Source of the DNA: a virus
Lineage: Duplodnaviria > Caudoviricetes
Virus record (IMG/VR): IMGVR_UViG_3300043120_000039
Coordinates: 60,996-124,995 of that record
Reading direction: 5' to 3' (one strand)
Length of the DNA: 64,000 nt
Positions 42,712-52,638 of this stretch are shown here, piece after piece. Every line of letters begins with the position of its first letter. The first letter of the stretch is position 1. The translations under genes and the position numbers were made by a program. Under the pieces are notes generated by a model that did no database searches, was not told where the DNA came from, and worked only from the letters and a program-made list of their open reading frames with translations.

Positions 42712-44385
42712 ATGAGTTTTACATATACCTATGATGCTTCAACAAGTACTTACATTCACAAAGGTACTGAATACAAAGTTTACACAGGAGAATATGATTT
42801 TCACCCCATGTTAGCAAACATCATTGCTTGGGGTGAAGGTGATAAATCCCTACAAGAACTTTATACAGATCTTCTTGTGTGGGAAAAGAAACTCACTCAA
42901 GATAAACGAACTATTATCAATGTAAGTGAAACTAACTCTATTAAATAGGTGCAGCTATGAACATCAAACAACTATTCCTTGGCTTTCTAGCCCAAGAGAA
43001 AGAGATGCGTGATGATTTTAAGAGTGTCATCACGAAAGTATACAACTTTACACAAAACAACATGAACCTTTGTGGGAAAATCTTAGGTGGTTATCCAGCA
43101 TTGATTATTCTTGCAATGTTTGGTATCTTTATGCTATTATTTCAAGTATATATGTTGCTAATGGCATTTATTATCTTCCCAATTATTGTAATTCTTTCAT
43201 GGATTATTGATTTTGTAGGAAAGATGACATTGTGGAGTAAAATTAAGAAATTATTTGTTAAAGGCGAAAATGAATGAAGATTGATTATGAATTGGTATGA
43301 GGAGTTGATTTCTGAACAAGAATATCTTAAAAGAGTAAGTTTTAGTACAATTATGTGTTTGTAAGGAGAGGAAATATGGAACAAGTAATCTTATACAGTC
43401 AATATGAAGATAACTGGTCTTTTGCAGATGAATCTATTGAAGATGTTGCACAACAAGTTTTAGATGATACCACAGAGGAAGATTTCTCTGAGTGTGGGTA
43501 TATAACAATTTACAAAGGTGTGCAGAAACCTCAGAGTTTTACCTCTTACTTTAATGTAGATCATTTGATTGAAAGCATCAATGAACGTGCTTATGATGAA
43601 TGTGGCGATTTCGCAGAGGATTATTTGCAAAAACTACCACAAGATGTAATTGATGATTTAGAAAATGTTGTTTGTAAATGGGCAGAGAAGCATGACTTAG
43701 AACCTACATGGTTTATGGTTGAAGATATTGTTGAAGTTAAAGTTTTCCCTGTTGATAAAGAAGATATTGATAAAGGTTTTAGTGTAGAGGATGTCAGTCC
43801 TTACACTCTCAAAGATAGCCAGAAGTAATAGGTGAGAATGAGGGTATTGGTTTATGAAATTTGTAGCAACTTATACAACATGTGCTCAAGTAGGTGAGAA
43901 CTATTGGCAGGATTATAAGATGAGTAAAGTGTTTGATTATACACAACCACTCTCAGAGGTTATGACATGGTTGGAAAGTTTAGGGGTTAAAGAACCTAAC
44001 TTGTCTTGTGTAGAATTGTCAGATTTAGTAGAGTGAATTATTGGAGATAACTATGATTAAAAAGAAAGGTTCTATTGTTCCACGTTACCTTGTGGGTGCG
44101 ATAGAGAGGAAATAGCAACACCTAATTAAGTTTGGATGTGATGTGAAAATTGAAGGTAGTAAAGTAACAGCTCTTAGTGAAGGGAGTATGTTTGTAATAC
44201 CAAGAGAAAAGTATTGCAACCTAAAGAAAAATAAAGGTACTCAGAAACGTAAGTGGAAAGGATATGTGGTTGGTAAAAATCTTGTAGTATACGGCGATTA
44301 TAAACTACATTCCGTATTCTATGTTCATAGTGACAACCCTTCTGATATTACTATCCAATCCCCAGTAGAATTATTTATATTGTGA
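42712..44385 (+). CDS. five hypothetical genes (42712-42948; 42957-43277 membrane protein; ~43376-43828 acidic; 43854-44036; 44143-44385)
   Basis: plus-strand ORFs with RBSs; two hydrophobic helices in 42957-43277. Confidence 0.65.
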
Positions 44386-44403
44386 TACATCATAAACCTA
44401 TCT

Positions 44404-44432
44404 AAGACGCTCTCACAGGCGTCTTTTCTTTT
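44404..44432 (+). terminator. intrinsic terminator ending the rightward block
   Basis: AAGACGC-TCTCACAG-GCGTCTT then TTCTTTT. Confidence 0.8.
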
Positions 44433-44439
44433 ATCTGAT

Positions 44440-45960
44440 TAATCATACCAGTAAACCACTAACACCTCTCAGGAAGCCTCTCAGAGCTTAATTAAAGGTA
44501 TATTAAAACCTTATTTAAACTTTTAGTACCTACCAATAGAGAAATATCTGTAAAATATACCCTTCTTAACAAATTATCACACCAACAGTGTTAATTTATG
44601 ATAATTATTGTAAAATTATAATGAATACAAACACTTATAGGGTTGTTACTTGTAACATAACAATCAAAATATCTTGTATATATTATAATTTTATTTATAA
44701 ATTAAACACTTAGAGTAACATACTACACCCTTTCTACAAATATCATATCTTAAAATATCTATAACCCTTGTCACATAAGGATCCTTTGTTACATAGTAAC
44801 AGAAATATCCACCCTTCAAATAATTCTATAAATTCTCTAAAAATTTTTCTGGACTTAGCAATAAAAGACCCTTTCTGGATGGTTTTATTTCCATAATATC
44901 CATACTTTTAGGTAAATATTGTATTCAGTAAAAGTGAATAAGTTTTGAATAAAATATTCTTTGGTAAATTTATACAGTTTTATAAAAATTAAATTTTTGA
45001 GGGGAATAATCATGTTGGGAATAGTAGGAACACTTGGGTAAATATCTGGAATTTTGAGAGTTCATTGCTTGATGCGGGGCGTGGCCCCAAAATAGTCCGA
45101 TTTTCTAATATTAAAATATCCTGGATGTCAAGTAATTTCTACCATTCTACAACCTTATATCCTTGTCATTCCATGACAGAACAAACCTATCCCTTGTCAC
45201 CACGTGACGAACAATAAACCCTTTCAATAGATGATAACCTTTCTCAATTATCCAATCTTCAATCACATGTTTAACCTGTTATAAATAAGAATAATTCTTA
45301 ATACACTATTATTTGGTGCATGTGCACCGAAAGGTATTAGTTTATGAGAACAATTTGTGTTTATAAAGTGTAATGATAATAGTTATTATTTGTATTTTTA
45401 TTCACGGATGTGAATGAGAAGTGTAATATTTTAATGCGTTGCATTAGATGGTATCACTATCTATGAGCGATAGCGTGAAGGAGTTGCTAAACAATTCTAT
45501 CGAATGTTTATCCCCTCTTCATCACAATCATATGCTCATAAATGTTATATTATTTAATGCTTCGCATTGAAGAGTATATTACTTTGTCACGCTGTGACGA
45601 TATAAAGTACCTTTACAACTACGTTGTGACCTAACAATCCCTTGTTACTCACGTAACCAATCCGTCTACCCTTTGTTTGATTATCAGCTTATCTAGTCAA
45701 TCAGATAGTTATCACTATCCTCTCTCCTATCTAATCTTCACACACTATCAAACATATAATAATTATTTACAGTGTAAACAACACTTTGTCAATAGTTAAT
45801 ACACTCTCACGGTATTATTGTTTAGTAAAGGTTATCCTTTTAGATAGTTTTAATATTGTGCAGGTATTATATAGTATTCTTATACCGATATTTTGTCGTA
45901 TGGGGTGAAGCCTTGCTGTATAAGTGATTGCTCAAAATACCGTACGACAATATGTCGGTG
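44440..45960. repeat. 1.5-kb non-coding region with an array of short palindromes (possible genome end, origin or packaging region)
   Basis: no ORF of 60 aa or more; recurring TGTYAC-N3-GTRAC and other micro-hairpins. Confidence 0.6.
45884..45959. repeat. 20-bp imperfect inverted repeat upstream of the RHH/HTH operon
   Basis: ACCGATATTTTGTCGTATGG ... CCGTACGACAATATGTCGGT (17/20). Confidence 0.75.
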
Positions 45961-45962
45961 GT

Positions 45963-45992
45963 ATTGATAATCATTCTTATTTGTGTTACAAT
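45963..45992 (+). promoter_or_regulatory. sigma70 promoter overlapped by a Fur-like box
   Basis: TTGATA-17-TACAAT; ATTGATAAT-C-ATTCTTATT covers the -35. Confidence 0.65.
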
Positions 45993-46029
45993 TAGTAATA
46001 CATCAAACAACCTTAAAGGATAACTGAGA

Positions 46030-46203
46030 ATGAGAATCAATCTCAATAATCAAGTTACTATTGATCAGGTTATGGAATTATGCCAAGAATTGAGCATATC
46101 CCCGACAAGATTAATAATTGACCTAATAGACCGACAACATGCACAAATAGGATGCAAAGACAATGCCAACACTGAAGAGAACACAAAAGATACTCTACAA
46201 TGA
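46030..46203 (+). CDS. small RHH/CopG-like protein (57 aa, MRINLNNQVTIDQVMELCQELSISPTRLIIDLID...)
   Basis: read manually; AAGGA RBS; beta-helix-helix pattern. Confidence 0.5.
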   Translation: MRINLNNQVTIDQVMELCQELSISPTRLIIDLIDRQHAQIGCKDNANTEENTKDTLQ

Positions 46204-46651
46204 TCATGTAGAAATTGATACGGGCCATTATGTAAACGTAAAAAAATGGCTGTCTAGAATCTATAGAGTTCAGGCTATTAATTCAATAAAAGATAAAAAA
46301 ACCGGATTAGATAAAGAGTGGATCTTAGATAGTGATTGTAAGCTGATTTTTGCTTATTTGTTTAATTTTGGCAAGGTACATGGCTTCGATAACATTTACC
46401 CTAATTATTCTCTAATATGTGAAGAACTAGGGATCAATGATAGAAAGTTATCAAGAAAGATCTCTCTGCTCTCTGAAGTGGGCCTGTTAACTATCATCAA
46501 GAATAAATCTAATAACGGGCGATTTGATAGCAATCAATACAAAGTTAATACACCAATAACGATCACTAATAGGAAATGGTACAACGTGAAAGGTGAACAA
46601 CTACAAGGGCAATTGTACCGGTTCGATTATAAATTGTTTAGAAAGGTATGA
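46163..46651 (+). CDS. winged-HTH protein resembling phage replication-initiator N-termini
   Basis: KLIFAYL...YPNYSLICEELGI..RKLSRKI..L.EVGLL.......SNQY. Confidence 0.7.
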   Translation: MPTLKRTQKILYNDHVEIDTGHYVNVKKWLSRIYRVQAINSIKDKKTGLDKEWILDSDCKLIFAYLFNFGKVHGFDNIYPNYSLICEELGINDRKLSRKISLLSEVGLLTIIKNKSNNGRFDSNQYKVNTPITITNRKWYNVKGEQLQGQLYRFDYKLFRKV

Positions 46652-46664
46652 TTGATACACAAAC

Positions 46665-46689
46665 AAAAGCCGCCAATTAAGGCGGCTTA
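46665..46689. terminator. bidirectional terminator between convergent genes
   Basis: AAAAGCCGCC-AATTAA-GGCGGCTT. Confidence 0.85.
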
Positions 46690-46694
46690 TAAGG

Positions 46695-49600
46695 TTAAAA
46701 AATGGATTTGCCTGTATATCGATCTTTATATAGATCACGTCCGTTTGTATCTTTTACCATCATAAACCACCCTTGGTCAGTTTCCTGAAGGTTAGAACAT
46801 TTAAATTTTTCAAAGACCCCTTTCTGTGCGTCTGCCATGTCAAAAAGTATACGGCCGCAATTGTATTTTTTACCATCTAATAACGCCGCTGCTGTGCCTG
46901 TTGCCGTTCCTTCAGTTCTTTTAATTTCGATAGAATCCACTTTAACAAATTTGGCTTTAGTCTTTTTAGCGTTTGGATTAACTTTACGGATGCAAGTATA
47001 ACCATAAACCCCTTTATTGTAAAAATAAGGTACTGTTACATCAGATCCACAACACGTACAAGAATATACTTTACCCATTTTATTCACCTTGGCAATTTTG
47101 CCACTTGTCCAGTAAGAAACTATTCCCTCTGCCGACAAAGTAATAATAGCTAAATTAGACTTTGATTGCAAGCTTTATTAAAAGAAAAATCCCACCCCAA
47201 CTAAGAAGCGGGACTTGTATCACAATTTATCAATAATTTCGTTTAACATCTCGACCACTGCGATCATGCTTCTTTTTATCGCGCTTAGTTTGTTTTGAAT
47301 CTTCCCACTCTGCAAAATTGTACTGTTGTTTATTGCGTGTCTTGGTAAAGTTCATTGATGCATTCATTTTGTTTTCCTTAGAATTAGTATACTTTAGTAA
47401 ATCTTACTTGGTTTAAAAGATTATGCTTTGACCAAATAATCTCTGCTGATAATCCCCTATTAATTTTAGATTTGGTAGCCTTTTCTAGCTTGTTTACCCC
47501 TTGGATTGTTTTATAAAACTCATATAAGCTCACTCGAAATTCTTCTTCAGATAAACTCAAGTCTTCCCAAACATCTGGAGTTATTTCGATAGTATCGCGA
47601 TTCTCTAAGAGATTAACAATTTGGTAAAAAGTGTAAAACTTTTTGAAATCTTGCATGATCTTTTCATCTGGATCATTGCTACCACTTAAGGCATTGAATA
47701 TTTGTTGCTCAATAATTTCTAAAGTTAAGTCATCTAGCTTTTTCCTTTTGGTGATATAATAGCCGAGTAATCGCATGTTGTAACCATTACTCTGCAATGT
47801 AACTATTAAACTGATTTTCAGCATAGGCTTTCATTTGCGACATCTGGATCAATTTGTGCGCCATTAATTCGAACCATTGTTCAATGAACTTTTGCTCGTT
47901 GTTTTCTGTTGTGGTTTTATATTTTCCTTTCTTTATAAGGTCTAACTTGTACCCGATCTCGATGATCTCTACATAGTAAAAAGGGACCGTAATAATTGTA
48001 GGTAAACCTTGCAACCATCCGGCTAGGCGTTTTGTGTAGTTTGGTTCACTACGATCATAGTATTCATTCTCAAAACATTTTAAAACGTATTTACACTTAT
48101 CCGCCACTGTTGAGAATTCTTGATCTGTATAAGATTCAGCATCAATTGAATCATTAACAATTTTGAAAAGCGCTAGTTTGATTTGTTTTTGGTTTGACAT
48201 AGTATGTACCTTTTTCAGTATGTTAAGCTTTATTGCCTATCTATGTAATTAACTATAATCGGGAATTTTCATCAAGTCAAACAAAAATTCCCTGTTATAA
48301 TTAATTTATGACTGTCGTCACTAAATAAATTTTAAACCATTAAAGATCTTACATTTGATAACTTTCCGCTTGATGTGATAGCTATCCCCGAACAAAGTTA
48401 ACCCCATAAAAGAATCATGTTTTATATTTGAGCGTGAAACCGTCTTAAGTTTTCCATTGTGCAGAATAGTGTCGCCTACTTTAATTTGATCCAGTGGCAC
48501 AAGCGTAGGAATAACAAATAAACCTTCGATCATGATTGCTTGCATGTTATGCACCCTTATAAGCTTTTGTTGAACGGCTAGACCAATACGGGGCACCGTG
48601 ACCACCTGCTAAAGCATATTCACCTAATAGGCGTTTTTTCTCTGCTCTGAAGGCTTTATAATCTTTGAAATCTCTAGAATCTAATTGATCGATTGTTTCA
48701 ATTTGCCCGTGTAGTTTTGTATTAAGATGTGCAATTGTCATATTATCACCTTGTTTGCGTTGGTTTATGTTTTCACATTATAAAGCGTTATCTATACAAG
48801 TAAATAGCGCTTTTGTTAATGTGTGAACTTTATCACATTAAAACGGATTAAACCATTTATTATACTGATTTTCTGTGATAACACCATCCTTGCAAAGACT
48901 GTCTGTCCAATCGTTCCAAGCTATGCGTAACATAACGCGATCTTTCCGTGCTTTGCACTCTTTGATAAATTCTGAATTTTCCATCTTGTAAAGTTTAACC
49001 GCTTCGATTTTCGTCATAATATACTCACTTGTCTAAATTGGTTTTTGTTGTTTACGTGTTTAATATTATTTTAATTATGTCGCTATGTCAATAGATATTT
49101 AGAGTATTTTCAAAAGCTTTATATTCTTCTAATTTTCTAGTTTTTCTTGCAACACTATAAACAGTCCTACCATCTATTAGTAAACCATAATACCCCTTGC
49201 CATTTAGATGTACAGTATACCACCGATCTTTAACCTTTGTTAGCTCATAACCCACTACATAAAAGGACGTTGTTTTTGGTTTGCTGGTAAAATTAATCAT
49301 AATCTTAACCTCTTTTAGTTGGAAGCTTTACCGCTTCGATGTGTTCATATTATCAAATAGATTTTATAGTGTGTAATGGTTTGTTTTAGTGACTTTTATT
49401 AATCTTGTTACGCTTTCTAAATTTAAAGGGGTAAGCGCAGAATAATAGCTAGTTGTTACTTCTACAATTTCACTAGTAACATTGTATTTTTTAGATGTAT
49501 TCTCCTTTATTCTTTTAATGTTCTTTCTACAAGCGCTGCATGATGTAACAGTATTTAAAGCTTGTTGCTGTGTAGTACCATCCGCAATCTCTAGGTATAC

Positions 49601-51065
49601 ACTATCGCCGATCTTCATAGATCGCAATAGTTTAGAGATATCTATGCTATTCTTAAAATGTTTTGTAATTGCCATGGTATACCCTTTTAAGGTTTGTTGT
49701 TTGTTGTGTGTAATATAAGGCACATTAAGCCAAAATTCAATGGTAAAGTGCTTATAAGTGCATTTTATGTGATGTTGATCACATTTATATTTTAGGATCG
49801 GATCTCCCCATCCCCTTGGGAACTTGAAAGCGTGTTCAACGTTCGCCCCGTTATTCAATTTGTAAAGTGATTATATACAAGAAAAACGGGACCGACAAGC
49901 GATCCCGATCACATTATTAAAGGAAATTATTACGAACTAAGGATCGTAAGGCTTCAGGCGTTTTTGTTACTTTTAAGGTATCTATAAATTTTTTGACGTC
50001 ATTGTCTAAGTAATGGATAAAATTTTTAGCTGATCCCAAAGGTTTATTAAATACCCGTAAGGCTATAGTCTGATCTTTTCTTGGATCATTGTAAAAAGAT
50101 ATTTCAATATATTTTAATTCAATATCGCAAAATAGATCTAAAATTCTAACGAGTTGTTTTGCCTCTATTGGATTTCGAAAACAAAAATACGTCTCAAGAT
50201 GGGTACCTTCTTTTAATGTATTGATCACCACTTGAGATAGATTGATAAAACCTTTTGAACATTCCATAATATTTAACCTTATTCAAAAGCGACAATTGAC
50301 AAGGTTTGCCGCTAACCTTTGAAGATAGTATAAGGGATCTTGATTTAAGATCAAGTGATTTGTGTCACATTATCAATCATGCATTTTTAACAATGTGAAA
50401 AATGTAGTTAGATCGATATCAAACGAACTACTAACGGTTGTATGTGGGTTCCATTTCCCGATCCGAGTGTATAAACAGATCCGCCCAATACTCATATCCG
50501 ATCCGAATCGTTTAACGTCTTCTAGTCTTGTAGCTTCAAAATACAAGGTAAACTCATTACCTTCTAACTTATAGCGGCCGCTTGAATTTGTGATTTTGTG
50601 GGTATCATATAGATCTAAAATCAAGTTTTCTAGTTCTGTTTTATGATGAAACATTGTTTATTACTCCTTAAGCTTTATATTCAAAATCAATCTGATCAAA
50701 GTCGCCTAGCAATTGCACTTTATATAATGCTTTTGATAAGCCCAGTTTGTGAGCGTGGCTTGCTGGCATTGTACGACGTTCTGGAACGCTTGTTTCGTAT
50801 TCTTGGATGATAACCTTGATCATGTTTATTTTTCCTTAGCAATCATTTTCAGTTGAGAGGATAGCCTACCAATATCACGAAAACAGTGGAACTCTTTTAT
50901 AGTTGCATCTTCAGGGATATTTGATCTCTTTTCAGGGTAGGCGCAAAAAATGCAATCAACTGCATTATCACGATCAATCTTTTTGTCAAATTTCCAGTAC
51001 TCAACTGATCGAATAGGATTCAATACCGTACCAATATTTACTATATTTTGTAGATAATATGCCAT
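46695..51065 (-). CDS. leftward early-type genes, mostly with their own promoters (46695-47078 Zn-finger; 47384-~47776; 47787-48200; 48321-48545; 48547-48741; 49088-49300; 49364-49675; 49917-50267; 50373-50654; 50826-51065)
   Basis: short ORFs, most preceded by near-consensus sigma70 promoters and RBSs; functions unknown. Confidence 0.7.
49790..49863 (-). ncRNA. putative structured small RNA
   Basis: promoter TTGTCG-17-TATAAT (49870-49898) followed by a GC-rich hairpin segment with no credible ORF. Confidence 0.45.
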
Positions 51066-51335
51066 AACTTTAAACCTTTGTTAGTAGTTCCCGTTGGAAT
51101 AACTACACAATAAACAATCTTATCAAGTTGTGCAAGTTGTTTTTACATGGTAAGCGCATTTATACACTTTTAAGCGCCAAAATTGTGCGGAATCTCACAC
51201 TTTTCTGCGCCTTATCCTCCAGGTGGATGCTTTTCACCTGGACAAAGATAAATTTTACTTAAAAGTGTTTGACATCCTGAAACAGTAGTTTTAATCTATA
51301 GGAAAGTTTACCGAACAACAAAGAGGATCGCAGAT

Positions 51336-51536
51336 ATGGAAAAGAAACCATTTAAAACCGGTAGCACATTTTACACCGACAGTAATTTTAACGTCATGAA
51401 ATTTACACGTAAACAAGCTGAGGCTTTAATGCGGACATTTAAACGTAAGCAGGAAGCACGTTTTACAAATGGTTTTAAGTTTAAGCATTGTGAATTAATA
51501 GAAAAACCTGGCTATTTTTGTTACTCTATGAGCTAA
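51336..51536 (+). CDS. small basic hypothetical protein (cassette copy 1)
   Basis: TTGACA promoter at 51269; GAGGA RBS in the duplicated leader. Confidence 0.75.
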   Translation: MEKKPFKTGSTFYTDSNFNVMKFTRKQAEALMRTFKRKQEARFTNGFKFKHCELIEKPGYFCYSMS

Positions 51537-51589
51537 AATTGTGATATAGATCGCTTGCAAACGCGAGCGGTCTCTTTTATACTGTATTC

Positions 51590-51680
51590 AACAAATCAGG
51601 AAATCACTAGCGAAGCCGTTATTGTCGCAGACTTAAGTCTAAATAGGTTGGTAGCTATAAAGAGTGGATGATATTTATAA
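51590..51680 (+). ncRNA. putative small RNA, copy 1
   Basis: promoter TTGCAA-17-TATACT; 24-nt leader shared with 52076; tandem hairpins; no ORF. Confidence 0.5.
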
Positions 51681-51808
51681 ACGTGACTTGAGTCACAAAA
51701 TTAAATATAAAGCTTAAAAGGTATTGTATTTTCATACTTAAAGGATTAATATTCTTATTAAGGTAAACGTTACCTATTAACAAGTGAACAACAAAGAGGA
51801 TCGCATAT

Positions 51809-52027
51809 ATGGCTATCAATATGAACAAACTACTGGATGGCGCGCAAAAGATGGCAGCTAATGCAAAAAATGGTACTTTAAAGCTTAATGGTCATCTATT
51901 TACTTTTGAATTTTGCCAAAAAACTTGGGTTTATAATGTTTATAAAAACGGATTCTATTATATAAACTTTAACACTAAAAGCATTATGCAAGCTAGAAAG
52001 TGGCTAAAAGAGTACGAAAATAGCTAA
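51809..52027 (+). CDS. small basic hypothetical protein (cassette copy 2)
   Basis: promoter TTGTAT-17-TAATAT; same leader/RBS as 51336. Confidence 0.75.
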   Translation: MAINMNKLLDGAQKMAANAKNGTLKLNGHLFTFEFCQKTWVYNVYKNGFYYINFNTKSIMQARKWLKEYENS

Positions 52028-52080
52028 AATTGTGATCAAAGTCACTTGCTTTTATTGGCGAGTGGCTTTATAATATATTC

Positions 52081-52175
52081 AACAAATCAGGAAATCACTT
52101 GCGGTTAGCCATTAGCTCGCGAATCTTACAAGTTAAGATCAAGGTTTTGCAGGAACCAACCGATCCCGCCATTTA
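52081..52175 (+). ncRNA. putative small RNA, copy 2
   Basis: promoter TTGCTT-17-TATAAT; same leader and similar hairpin layout; no ORF. Confidence 0.5.
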
Positions 52176-52589
52176 TTAATAACAATATTATCAAATAATA
52201 ATGATTTTCATTCCACAAAGTAAATAATTCTCACACTCATTATCATTATCCCAAATTTTCACGATTGCTAAAGATCATTTTCCAATCTGATACAAATTTT
52301 TAGAGAAACACGATTGGTCAAGATAATTCTTTCGTCGTGTGCAATTGCGTTTACTTGAAATCAAATCGACGTCCTTTCAAAAGTAAAATGCTTGAGATAA
52401 TTTTCGTCCCCTGTTTCAAAATTTTCTACTTTGCTAAGAATAATCTTTTCAATCGTTTCTAAAAATTACGATTGGAAGAAATAATTTATTGATTAAGAGT
52501 AAAGTTTGTTTGAGAATGGTTTAAATCGTTCGTGTATGGCTTTGTGAGAAGATTTATGATATTATTTGATGAAGTGTATTGCTTAAAAG

Positions 52590-52610
52590 AAAAGCCGCTC
52601 AGAGGCGGCT
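52590..52610 (-). terminator. intrinsic terminator ending the leftward block
   Basis: AGCCGC-CTCTGA-GCGGCT then TTTCTTTT on the minus strand. Confidence 0.8.
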
Positions 52611-52638
52611 ATAGGAGTCTTACGTACATTAATAACTA

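Larger units (their letters stand above)
47209..52046. promoter_or_regulatory. array of about nine CRP-like boxes (TGTGA-N6-TCACA) associated with sigma70 promoters
   Basis: sites at 47209, 48307, 48822, 49768, 49898, 50354, 51184, 51540, 51682, 52031; 48822 and 49768 are perfect; 47209 and 48307 are the weakest. Confidence 0.75.

Noticed and set aside
44400-46000. Possible CRISPR array in the long non-coding region
   Set aside because: No constant-length identical repeats with regular spacers, and no cas genes in the window
51540-52200. tRNA genes among the structured non-coding segments
   Set aside because: No T-loop GTTCRA, D-loop or acceptor-stem pattern found by eye here or elsewhere in the window
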